Below the pieces are notes generated by a model, which saw nothing but the letters and a program-made list of their open reading frames with translations, had not been told where the DNA came from and searched no databases. The position numbers and the translations under genes were made by a program. DNA of 64,000 nt from Catajapyx aquilonaris (Eukaryota): assembly GCA_000934665.2 (NCBI GenBank), contig KZ538289.1:1-64000 (forward strand), read 5' to 3'. Shown one piece after another: positions 36,531 to 49,355 of the stretch (the first letter of the stretch is position 1; the number at the start of each line of letters is the position of its first letter).

Positions 36531-36842
36531 ACTCCTCCGGACGACCACCTATGGCATGGCATAGCATGGCATGACATGGCTATGGCATAACATGGCATTG
36601 GCATAACATGGCTATGGCATGACATGACATGGCTATGGCATAACTTGGCTATGGCATGACATGACATGGCTATGGCATAACATGGCTAAGGCATGACATG
36701 ACATGGCTATGGCATAACATGGCTAAGGCATGACATGACATGGATATGGCATAACATGGATATGGCATGGCATGATCAACTGAAGGTGGTCATCCGGAGA
36801 GTAAATATTGATCATAAATCAAATGAAGGTGGTCATACAGAG
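36531..36842. repeat. Pentamer-based (CATGG/CATGA/CATAA/CTATGG) array flanked by inverted copies of the 34-bp minisatellite motif
   Basis: Array at 36551-36774. Left flank actcctccggacgaccacct; right flank aaggtggtcatccggagagt, plus a second aaggtggtcat. Confidence 0.8.
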
Positions 36843-39800
36843 AGCATTGGATTACCTGAGATGTGACAAATTTTACAGGTGTACAGGGTGTTCAATAACG
36901 TCACTAAACGAATCTCAAAAGATCTTGTGTTCAGCAGCCATCCCTTTGGGATACCAGACTACAGTCGTCTGCTCTAACTATGGTGTCCTTTCCACCCTAC
37001 CACCCACCCTTTCTCTATCCTCACCCCCTCTCCCCCTTTTCCTTACAATTGCCCCAATCGCCCGCCCCACACGTTCCGCCACTGCCCAGCCCAAGGCCGG
37101 CAATTTGGCCGCCCAGGCTCAGCCTAATTATTTGGAAAGTTCCTTTCTGGACCCCCCCCCCTCCCCACTTCCCTCAGCCCATCCCACCCACTCCCTTTCT
37201 CCTCCCTTTCCTGCCCCCCACCTCCCCTTTGCCAATCTCTCTGAACACCACTTCTCCAGTCTCCATTCAAGCCTGGAAATAGTAATGAAGAGATCGTCTG
37301 CATAGAGCTACACGCACAATCATAACTGTACTGTTCTATCTACCTTAAACTGTCAGCTCAATTTTCTTCAGAAAATATTTTTTTTCGGCTGGAAATTGGC
37401 CAGAAATTTATTAATTGGCGTCAACATTTTCTGTACGTTTCAATGAAACTGTATGCAAATTATTTCACTTCATTTTAATTTGCGCCAAAAATTGCAAAAT
37501 TCTGCTAAAGGTCACCATATTCTCTTTACAACTAATGAGCGATTACAACTCCAACAAAGCCTTGTTAATAATGGTTTTAAGGGGGTAGGGGTTGGAGTTG
37601 CATGGGAAACACAACAAGACCGGATCAAAAAGGGGTTAAAGTGCATTTTTATACTAATCGCCAACCCAATCTAATTATCCACCGTACTTCCTGTGATGAT
37701 GAGGGAGCTTTAAGAACTGCGGCACAAATAAACGGATTTGATCTAATTACCCTAATCCTGTTATATATCCGGGCAGTGGTGGCCCCAACTCGATATGGGC
37801 AAGTTGAGAGGGAACACCATGCACTTTTGCGGATCCTGTCACCAAGCCTGGTTGGTTGGGTTTGGGTCTCTCCCCTCCCACCTCTATATAACCCATCTCT
37901 TTTTTTTTATACTGGTGGAGGATAGATGTCCCCGGATATCTCTTTTTCTCTCCCCTGCTGTGTGAGACGTCCACCCTATTAGCGGGACAAGGCAAGTCCT
38001 TGGTCTAATGGGTCTCAGGGCCCAAGTAGGAGTGAGGGAAAGAGGATTTCTTGGAGATTATTGCCGAGATTTGGGTGGCCGCCTGGAAATCCTCAGGAGT
38101 TTGTGACTGGAGGGGGGGGAGGTAAGAAGAGACCAAGGAAGGAGGAGGATGGCTTGTGGCTGGGAGGGGGTTTTGATGTGTAAGGAAGGGACGGGCTTGC
38201 ATTAATCCGGGGACTAACTCAATCGGGACACTTATGGAATCTTAGAAGCCCCAGAAGAACAGAGGGGGATGCCACAATTGCCTGCAAACAGGGGGAGTTG
38301 ACATTGTTAGCGATTGTTTCAAAACTGGGTTAAACTTTTTGAAACTATACCATTAATATGAAAGGTCATGCCTCATGTTAGATGACCCCACTATTTACAG
38401 TGTTCATGTCAGTCACCAAATTTTGACATTTCTGATTTTTTTTCTGATTGTTTTCAAATTGTCTGCACAAATTCACGGTGTTATGCTACAATAAGTCAAC
38501 CCACATGAGAACAGCTTTGCGAAAATGGGCTTTGAATCTCACACCGGTGAAATTAATTAATTTTCGGTCATTTATAGCAGAAGTATGCAGATTTCGCCAG
38601 ATTGATTTTAACAATGAAGTACGATCCTGTTCCTGGGTTTAACTCATTTTTAACATTTTTGGTGGTTGACACATTATTGCATAACACCGTTTACGACTTG
38701 TTCCCATCATGTGATCATGCCACATTATTTTGTCTCTTCAAAATATCACCTCGCCTTTCAATCAAAATAATCTTACTTAGAAACACATAGTCATAGATTC
38801 CAAAAACTACACAATTGAATTTTCAAAAGGTTAATACCCAATCCTCCTCCAAGCTTTAAGCAAACTGAAATCCTTTAAGAAGATTGTAACTTGAACGTTC
38901 CCTGTGACACTCCGCATGTGAGTTAAGGTAATCCGCTCCACCAAAAGCCTCTATCTCTCTCTGCATTACTACCTTTCCTTACTCCCTCCCTCCTCCCTTC
39001 AGATAATGAGATTGCTGGCTCCGGACACCGGAAAGACATCGAACCCTCCTGCTCCTCCACCACCACCTCCTCCTCCTCCCGTGGCCCAAGTTGCCGACAT
39101 CAAACACTAACCAACTGCGCCCAAAAGCCCAAGCCTCCGTCGGCATCCTTGCATGTGGAGGAAACGGGCAAACTTTTGCCCCCTCCCTCTCCCTACCCTC
39201 TCTTCCCTCATCCTAACCTCTCCTCGCTTTTCCCTCCTCCCCATTTATTATAATCCTACCCTCTCCTCCCATCCCCACCCCCTTTACTTCCGTCATAAAT
39301 GAGGCCTTGTAACTAATTAATCCTAACAGCCGCCTCTTGATTCCTATTAATTTTCCTCTTCCCCTTTTTGGGCAGCAGCCAACAGTTTTCCGCCCTTCCT
39401 ACGCCCCTTCCTACGCCCCCCTCTAAAAACCCCCTCCTCCACCGACTCATTTTTTCACTTGAGGAGCAGAGTAATTAAAATAATTTCTGTGCGGCTTCAG
39501 GAGTCATCTGTTTACATAGCCCGAGCATGCAGGAGAGTGAGTGAGTTGGTGGATTAAGAGGACTATGGCCCAGAGAGAAGCAGTTCGCAACAATATTAAT
39601 TGCAAGTGTGGAGAAACTTTGCTATTGGTGGAGGGGGTTCAAAAGGGAATGGGGGGGGAGGGAATTAATTAGGTGACGTGTTGTTCAGATAGGTGAAGGG
39701 AATGTAAGTCTCAACGGTGAGGTCTCCAATAAAATTACATTTTGTTCAAAAAATATTACTATGCCCCTGCCAGTTATGCTTCCTGTTGTACAGGAGAGGC

Positions 39801-42800
39801 TGAAAGGTAGTGTCAGTCCAGGATGAAACGACAATCTTATTTGTATCGATAGTATAGGGGCCTACTACGTTGCTGACGTTTGTTGCGACACGTATAAAAT
39901 TTAGTTCCATTAATCATGGCTAAAAATTGTAATGTCACTCGCCATTGTTGACTCGCTTTCACAAACTAAATGCAAGTTCATGCTACAGTGATTTCAGGTG
40001 TCACATTCAGGTCGCACATAATGTCTTTGAAAAAACTTACTCTCATTATTGGGATTCCAGGTGGCGCCACTTATGCAGTGGAAATTATTTCTACGAAAAC
40101 ATGATACAATTACTGAATATTACCAAAAAAATTAAAGCTTTTGGGAAATGTAGGTTGTGGCAAAGCTAATTTTCAACATAAAATGTATTATTCCTACACG
40201 TACTGTTAACCACCGTATTACAAGGTTTCAAAATACGTAATACTCATATTCAGTAACTCATTAGCGTAATATTCAGCCTCAAAAATGAGAATAAAAGCCA
40301 AATAAACTATGCATGAAAATTTGATTCCAAATATATTTTTCTGCAGAGAAAACAACACCATTGTTAAAGGACAGTGTGTAAATAAATGCGATCTATTATT
40401 AATACTTAATGAACTCAGGCAGATATAGTCCATTTGATGTGCACTACTATGCAACACTCCATTTCTTGCGTATCAAATACTAGTTATTAGACGCTTCAAA
40501 ATTACTATCTTGGCCATTCCTTGGCTCCCAGTTTCTTGCAAGACGAGGCCGCGAAATCAGGTAAATGCAGTTATGTCCCGAAGGAACGCCCGGACCACCC
40601 CCCTCCTCCCATCCCCTCTCAGTTGTTGCAGTCTTATCGGCTACCACACTATGTACAGATTAGAACGATGGTTTCCTAAGCTGCGGGTAGAGCGCCAAGG
40701 CAGGCGAGGAGGTAAACAGGATTCTTGGTCAGAGAGAGAGAGAAGGAGACTGGGGCCGAAGTTTGTATAAATACCTCCATGGAGGGGGTCTCCAAGGTGA
40801 AGAAGCTCTGCGGGAAGGAACGCTGTTCTCCGATACAGGATGAAGATGCAGGAGCGGAGGTGCCACATTTGGGGACTCGCCACCTTGACTTCACCAAAAA
40901 GCAACTGAAAACCCTGGAAATTTTGATCGCACTGTACTTTCGTATTACAAATTGCGGAACTACTTTCTTTACACCGCACTTGGCGGAGGGACGCTTACGA
41001 CGGTTTTTTTGCTAGGTTTGCAATGTTTTTTTTGTACTTTCGCACCCTGCACTTTCCCCTTCGGTGGATGGATATTTGTAGCTTTTTAACTACATTTAAA
41101 ACTGTTTTTACTATATTTAAAACATTTTTTCTACCTGCGCAGGTATACCATAACGACTTTTCTAACGGTTTCTTTTCGCCCCAGTACTCCAGCGTTGAGA
41201 TAAAACGAGGCGAATGTGTACTGTATTAGTGTGTCTCAGTAGCGACATCTATCCAACACATTTTAGATCCCAGACTTGGTAAGAACAAAAGAACTCCTGG
41301 GAGCCTCATCCCTCCGCATAACTCTGGCTAATGAAAAGTAATATTAATAATAAGCAAGAGCATGAAAATAATTATCAAGTGGTGGCTTAGTGCAGGCAAT
41401 TTGGCATCGCCGTCCCGCTCCATCCCGGCTGCCTCTCCTTAATAAGCTTGCCCAGGAATTTGCAAGGAGGGCGACGGGGCAAACAGGCAAACAGGGCAGC
41501 CGCCGCTGCAATGCCAATTAGCATCTTTGAAGTTGCTACAACTCTAGGAACTCGCTAGCTAGCTGCTGCCGCTTTGCTAGGGTTTTTTTTTCCTCTTCCT
41601 TCTTCTTCTTCAAGCCCTTCCCCGCCTTCCCCCTCCCTGCTTTCTACCAAGGGGAGCTTGCTGCTTGCTGCCTTCCTTCTTTCTCGCCTGGTTCCTTGTA
41701 GTATATGCAGGCTGACTCGTGCGCTGGTTCTCAGGCGCTCTAGCCGCAAAGTAGCTCTCTCTCAGACTCCTACCAGACCCCCTACTCAACAGAAGCTTTC
41801 GGAGAAGGGGGGTGGGGGGAGGGTGAGAGATAGGGAATCTGCCACTTATATACCGCCCACTGATTACTGCAGATAATGTCACAAGCACTGTTGCAAATGC
41901 CCGAATGCACTCAAGGGGACGTTTGTCATTGGGGGGAATATTTGAGTCTGAGGCACCATTGTTGTTAGTACTAGGCGATTCGAGACTTGTTATTTTTTAT
42001 CTTGAAAAGTAAATTTTATACCATCTTGAAATTTGACAGAGGTGTGGGGAGGTGTATGAGGAATTGGTAATATATTTTTCAGAATTTTTCTACGTCTGTC
42101 ACGCATCTAGGTCAAAGGTCAAACATTTGCATGCCAATTAAAAGTAATTTCTTTCAGACATGCGATTAATATTAGGCCGTATGTATAATTATTGTAATCA
42201 TAAGAAGCAAATGAAATCAATTTCACACTTATATGGCATGTAGTTATAAAGATATTAGCTGATGAGTAACTACACATTCCGCTACCTGAATAGATGTGAT
42301 AAGATTTGCTCATTCTTTTACTATAACAATGGCAATGCAGTGCTTCAATTTCCTGTAACCTCTCCCTGACATCTGAAAGCAGCCACAGTTTGAATAATTT
42401 CTGTTGCCATAATTATGCTGTGGCTACAGTCTGAGTGCGTATGGAATCCGGGGTCCTCTTAGGAAAAATTTTAAAAAAACGGTTTCATCCTAAGGCAGTG
42501 CAAAAAAAAACCCCACTTCCTACAGTTCTTGCAAGATGGGAACCTCCATAATTCACCCCCTTCGAGGAGAAGGGAAACAAAAGAGAAGACACTCTTTACT
42601 CACCCTGGAGCTACGCAGGCCCAAGACTGAAAAACTTACACAAAAGAGTACGCTAATTATCACCTGCGGATTTTTATCCGCCCCTTTATCTCTCGGAGAA
42701 TTTCCCAGGGCCTTCCTTGTTTTTATGGACTCGTGCAAGGAAACTGCGGGGGAAAAGATCTGCCTTTTGATTTGCTGAAGGAGGTGCACTCCCAGTAATT

Positions 42801-43989
42801 ATTTAAAAGTAGTTTAAACCCTCCGAGTGGAAATTTCCTAATACACATAGTAATTAATATTTGGTTTATAATTTTTTTGCCTTTCTTGCTCTAGGCATGT
42901 ACAGGGTGCTGAAGTTCAATAACGGTTTGTTTTTTATTACATTAGCATACTTGCCATTTTAAGCAGATTGGGTAGAATTAGATGTGAGTTTATCATGAAA
43001 CAAACATCATCGTTGTTTTTCACCTGTTCAGTGTGCCAGGCTTTTCCATGCAGAAAAGCATAACTGACGCGCGTGCGGTTTCGTTTTACACTGAAACATT
43101 GGCGTGACATTCGCATATGGCTGTGCATAAAGATCTATTTCCGCAGTCCCCATCCACAGACTAATCTAATGACGTGTGGAAACGCGGTCAGGCCCTCGAG
43201 GCCTACAATTTGCTATTCGCAATGACAATGTTATTATAAGTCATTGGTTTTGGAGCAATTTCATGTGACGCTGCGTATTTTGGTAAGCGCACACACCCGA
43301 AAGCATGGAATCGGCTTTTATTACCCAGTGGGAAATGCTCCGTGAACACGCTTTAAAAATGCGTGCGTTACACTGTAACTGTAACACACCCAGTTTTTCG
43401 TAAAAAAAAGTATTTACAGTCAAATTTTTACAGCATATATTTAATACAAGCATGTCATGTCAGCTTAATTTAATTTGTCCCTATTTTTTTGGACACATAC
43501 AGACATTGAAAATTTGCTACTGTAAGTATCGTACATGTCAGATGTAGGACACCGTGGTCCAAAAGCAGCTTTATTTTTCCCCCTTTCCAACCCCCGCCAC
43601 GAGTTTTTTCCTCTCTTCTTTTCTGGTTCCCAACGTGCTGCTGGGACACCGCTACTACTCTTTCTGGTTGCCCACCAAGCTTGCCAACTGAACTCCCGCG
43701 CACTAAAGTCCTTCTTTCGACCCGTTGCATTAATTAAATGCCTCCGAAATCAAACACCCCCCTCCCCTCTCCCCCCCTATCCCTTTAATACCTTCCACTT
43801 CCACATATCTGAAAAGAGCTTTCCAAAAGTCCATATACGTTTGAATCCAGATGAATTTATTTGGACCGTAATATCACGTTACGATTTTATCCAAACATAG
43901 CACCGCGGCCAACGAACGTTATTGTGGCTTTTCCCACCACGACATACTGAGGGATGGAGTAGGTGATGCGGCGTGGGAGAAATTGTCAC

Positions 43990-44070
43990 GGGGGCGAAAT
44001 ACACGGGGGCCAATATGCAGGGGGATAAAAGTCCGGGGCGAAACGGCGGGGGCGAAAAGTCCGGACCGCA
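43990..44070. repeat. Cluster of GGGGCGAAA motifs (transposon subterminal-like remnant)
   Basis: ggggcgaaa x3 with the variants ggggccaat and ggggataaa. Confidence 0.5.
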
Positions 44071-44082
44071 GTAAAACGTGTC

Positions 44083-44227
44083 CGTTGGGTTGCATCATAC
44101 CAGGATGAAACCATGTCGAGGTGGATTTACTGCCATCTTGTGGCTCCTAGTGTAACTGATCTCCCTATTACCAATAGCAGCGTGCTCGTTGGGTTGCATC
44201 ATCCCAGGATGACAATGTCCAGGTGGA
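44083..44227. repeat. ~43-bp direct duplication
   Basis: cgttgggttgcatcatMccaggatga..atgtc.aggtgga occurs twice, ~104 bp apart. Confidence 0.75.
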
Positions 44228-45084
44228 AGAACTTTTCCCTTTTTGTTCCGATTTCTTTTTAAAAGGACCAGACCCTTTCCCCTGCTGGTTGTGCAAGCTG
44301 GTGACAGTTGGCAGGCCATACTAGCTTGCTTGCTAGCTTGCCATGGCAGCCAGCAGGAAAACCAAAGCGGGCGTTGGGGGTCTGGCCCATTCCGCGCCAA
44401 ATATCCCGCCTCCAAGCCACCCGCTCCCGGGGCCCTTACACCACTAACCTGTCGTCTCAAGTATTAAGATAAGGATTTATTTCTTTAATATCTCCGCTCT
44501 CCGGCATCAAATGTAAATATAAATGTGTGCCAAGGAAGCGGTCCAGGGATTCAAATGTCGCAGATTTGAATTTATATGTGGTCGTTCCCAATCCGTTTAT
44601 TAAATCTAGGCGCTCCGCTCCCCGCCATTAGGGGATTTTTGATAGGTGCAATTGGAAAAGGGACGGCGGCTTCGATGGCCCACGCCGTGGATGTTGAGGG
44701 CGGGCTGGGGCGCCAAATCGGGGGGAAAAACTGTTTCCTTCCACTTGAAGAAGAAAGTGAGGAGAATGGCTTAAGGGGGGCAGGTTGGGGGCGGTTGGGT
44801 TGGAACTGGGGGCTGCTGGGGGCTGGGAAGGAGGGAGGGAGAAAAAGGATGGGGAGGAGACGGAGATCTGAGATGGTTGTTTTAGATCTGACTCAAGGAG
44901 AATTTGTGTTTCGATTCGGGCCACCCCCCTTTTTTGACTCATGTTTAATGTCTATTGCACGATTAAGTTGCCTGTCATTATGAATATTTGGGATAAGAAA
45001 ATTTACTGCAATGTCAATCATTAATGAATTTTTGCACAACACGGGGCATTTGTTGCCAATTTCTTTTGAGTATATATTGTTAGT

Positions 45085-45275
45085 ATTTATTTATTTATTT
45101 ATTTATTTCTGTATTTATTTATTTCTCTATTTCTCTATTTCTCTATTTACTTATTTATTTCGCTATTTATTTATTTCTCTATTTACTTATTTTTCTATTT
45201 CCTTATTTTTCAATTTATTCATTTTTCAATTTATTTATTTGTTTATTTCTTTGTTTCTCTATTTATTTATTTTTT
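45085..45275. repeat. ATTT/CTATTT low-complexity tract
   Basis: Direct reading. Confidence 0.85.
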
Positions 45276-46605
45276 GTTTGTTTTGCAACCATGATAGCCA
45301 TAAGCCGCGTGATTGCAGCCAATTTATGATTGATTGATTGATTGATATATTGGTATTGATTAATGATATTTTTCATGTTATTGCCCCAATTAACCACCCG
45401 AAGAAAAAAAAATTTCAGGCTGGAAAATAGCAAGAGCCAATATTGATGAGCTATTTTCCAGCCGTAAAATATTTTCTGGAGGTGGTGCAACCAGAATTCA
45501 GAACATTTACGGCCAGTTGTATCCACTCAAATTAAGAGAAATTCGCTGTTTATGAATGTGAATATCTGTACTAGTTTTAACAGCAGGTTAGTTGAATATT
45601 CTGAACGGGCAACACAATAATTGGCTCAGTTCATTCTTGCATTGAAACAACAACAAAAAAAGCTCTCCCGGTTTATTCTCATCGCGTGTTATCCCCCAAC
45701 GGTGCAATCATTTAATGACACCGAGCATGATGGCAAAAAGCATCAGCAGCAGAAAAACAAAAGCTTTTTCCAACCCTCTCTTCTCTCTCTTCTCTCTCTC
45801 TCTTTCTATCGGCCTTATAGCCCCCTACCGGCCGAGGCAAAAGTTGCAGTCCATAATAAACTCGAGGGCCGAATTTAATTTCAGCAAGTCGAGAGGATCC
45901 TCATGAAATATCAACATTTGTTTCCCTATTGGGATTACTCCAGATTGGAAAGTCTCTGCTGGCGTAACAATCACAACAGCCGCTGGTTAATACCTTCAAA
46001 GGAAACTAGGCGGCGGAGGGCGGGAGGGGGTGGGATGAGGTGGTGGGTGGGAGTGGGGAGGGGATCCTAATGCGGGCGCAGTTCATCGAGTTGATCCAGG
46101 TATGGCACAGAAGCGCGCCGGGCCCTGTATCGAAACGCCCCTTTCATACGCCGCAATAACAACCCTTGAAATACTGGTAATTAGACCGTTAATGAACCAC
46201 AAGCCCAGAGTTTGTGAAAATTAAATCATGAAATATCGCGAAAGGAGTTGCCTTCGCACAAAATTCGACCCTCGTATATAGCAAAATATTAACGAAATCC
46301 CCGCTCGAGCCGGGAGGTGCGGGTATGAACCGCGTAATATATACACGGGGCCGCCAGCGTGAAGAGGGTTAGTGGGGAGAGGATGGGGAGGGAGGATATG
46401 GGGAGAAGGGCGGGGGGAGGGATATGGCTATAGACCCAACGCTAGCTGTAGAGTTCGGGCCCAATTTACCAGTCATTCGATTTGCTTCCAACCGGTTATG
46501 GCGCTTTTCATTCCTGGTCAAGGACGATGTTGTCTGCTGACGCTGTCGTGTTTTCCAATCAACACTTTCCGTCCTCACACGTTTGTCTCACCGGAAACAA
46601 GCACT

Positions 46606-46704
46606 GTCGATACTTATCCACGTCGATACTTGCCCTAGTTGATACCCTGTCGATACTTGCCCTCGTTGATACCCTGTCGATACTTGCCTCGCTCGATACT
46701 TGCC
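46606..46704. repeat. Short tandem repeat (tcgatacttgccct.gttgataccctg)
   Basis: Recurrent tcgatact motif with a ~27-bp period. Confidence 0.8.
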
Positions 46705-49086
46705 CCGTTCGAGCCCGTTCTTCACGGAGCGGCGTAAGATGGGTGACTTGCCCTCAGCTCTCCGGAAAGAATGAGTCACCTTGCGAGCGGTAAGCCGCCC
46801 CCCTGCTCGGAGGTTAGGGCGATGTATTGGCTGGGTTTTGGAAGTGGGAAGATGGTGGTGGCGGGAGACGGATATGGCGGCCGGTCTTACCCTCTTCCAT
46901 CCTGGTATCCGCAAGCTAATGGTTGCCCGCAGAGAGCGAGAGAGAGCAGGGAAGAGAAGGAGGGCAATGATGGGGGGCATCGAGGACCATCCGAGAGTAT
47001 CGACTACTTTTCTTGGGCCAATGTGGTGCATCAGCAGTGGTCGGTTTTTGGACTTGGAAAAACTGGTTGTTGGGGGTTGAGACACTCTCTTTATGGCCAT
47101 AACTGTAGGGTTGACCACAATGTTCCCTGCAGCTGTAAATTCAATTATTGTTCTTGTCTTTAAGAGAGCCCTGTAATGGAAGTAATAGGGTGCGCAATAA
47201 AATGAGGGGGTCGGTTGGCCCGAGTAGCTATATCAAACCTAGGTAAGGTGGATGCCGTTAATGATGCACTAATGAGCTGCTTGCAAGAACAACACAATGT
47301 TTATTTTGACCGAACCCAAAAACAGTGCAATATATTGTTCCAGAGAGCTTGGATCCAAAATATTTCTGCCTGGGGCGTATAATTACTGTACATGCTGAGG
47401 TATTGAGTAATAATTACTTTCAGTGTCTATCATTGTTGAGGTCATAGTTGCTTACAAAAGTTTGCTAATTTTCCGCTGATAGCATGATGAAATGGAGTAA
47501 CCACATTACATCTCAGGCGGTTTGATACAATTTGTGGTACAGGAGGCAAACTTTTTATTTTGCACTTGGAGTTGGTTGAGCTTTACCACATCAGTGTTAC
47601 TCTTACACATTCGTGGCCTTTGTTGTATATTGTGTGCTGGGAGAGAGTACAGTACAGTGCAAGACCTTGGCGGCGTAATTTAGAGCAACTTACAGGCGTG
47701 TTTTGTTGCACGTTGCTTTTGTCTATTTTTATTCTAGTACCCAGCATGCTGAAAAAAGAATTGTAGGAATGTGTGGAGGTCCCTGAATCAGCGTGCACTG
47801 TACTCGTAGATGTTTAACTCCACCACACGGCCATATCCACTAACCTCCTGGAAGTTTTACAGTCGCAGTTGCAGTGTACTGAACCTGTACACCATGCATT
47901 TTACACTTTTAACCACATAAAAGTGTCAAACCTCTATGTGCACATACACAGAGTATTACAGCCGTAGTTACAAAAAGAATTTATTGCTTTCAGACACTCG
48001 GAGTGCAACGCACTTAAGACCATGTTGTCTGTAGAGCTGGAAGACAAGTGCTAATTAACATCTAGGTAACAGTTAGAATCAACAGTGCGATTCCATGATC
48101 TTCCATGAGCAAGATAATACTACAATTTCATTGCTAATTAAAGAAAAATTGAACGTGTTGCTTATTACACTATCTTACATTTACTCTTTTTCTTTACAAA
48201 ATTCTTTGAAAAGGTTTTATTAGTTTTTTTCTGGCCCACATAGCAATATTATCATTGTATTTATATGGATACCCTTTGCAATTACGCATATGGAGCAGGT
48301 CATTTACGACCATACACAATGTAAAACTTCTTTTTCGACATTCCACGTGCTATGAGCATACCTATCGCATTATTATGCAACGCTATTTTCATCATTGCAC
48401 TTTTAGAGCAGAATTCCATACTCGCATCAGTAACTGCAGATGCGAACAAGGCACTGAATAATGAAGGCAAGAAACCACGACATAGTGTGTCCCTCCCTAC
48501 TTCCCCCTCCAAAATTCCGTCCGACGCAATAAACAAGGATGGCATAATATGTAGCGCCATATTGTAGCCTGCATAAAGGATGGAATTCGGCGCTCACTGT
48601 AGGTGTTGGCAGAAAGCGGAAGGCAGGCAGTAAGTAATCAAGTTAGTCCCTGGCTTGGACCTAAGCCCCTTTCCTCTCTCTCTACCCGTCTCTTCCCACT
48701 CCTTCTCTTTCCCTCTCTATCCTATCCCTTCCCCTCCTCTCCTCCCAAACGTCCCCCTACTGAGCCCTCCTAATGCCTTTACCTCGCTCTGGACTCTACG
48801 TGGAGAGCACTAATTAATAATTTCGCATCCGGCTCTGTGCACCTGATTAAAACTGCACCGCGTGGCAACGGGGTCGCGCAAATGAGAACAGGCAGCCCGA
48901 AATAAATCGTCGGGGCTCCACTTCAACACACCATCTCTCTCAAGTCTGCTGCTGATGGAGGAGACTTGCTCCTGGGACTTCCTCCAGAAACATTCCCCCC
49001 TACCCTCCAACCTCCCAGTTTCCTCCTTGCCCTCCTTTTCTTCCGAGCACAAGTGCCACTACGTGTAAGCCTGATTTTATATGGGG

Positions 49087-49355
49087 TTTTAAATGGCCAT
49101 TTTAAACAGATTGTACAAGTCAATGTGGTAGAATATGTGAAATTGTGCGTTTGGGACGTTCATAAGCGTTCCTCCGCGTAGGTTGCACTGTGGCCAAAGT
49201 AGCGCCGGGAATATCCATCCGCCTGTAAATGGGCTTTTAAATGGCTGTTGTGAACGGATTGGACAGGTCAAAGAATTGAGGTAGAATATGTGAAATTGGG
49301 CGCTTGGGGTGGTCATTTGCATTCCTCCGCGTAGGGCGCACTGTGGCGAAAGTAG
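49087..49355. repeat. ~120-bp diverged tandem duplication
   Basis: ttttaaatggc...ggtagaatatgtgaaattg...ttcctccgcgtagg..gcactgtggc.aaagtag at 49087-49203 and 49235-49355. Confidence 0.8.

Noticed and set aside
40725..41015. ORF containing FTKKQLKTLE, reminiscent of homeodomain helix 1
   Set aside because: It lacks F20, the helix-2 pattern and the WFxNRR helix 3, with no evident splice continuation. Probably chance; a tblastn/HMMER search would settle it.
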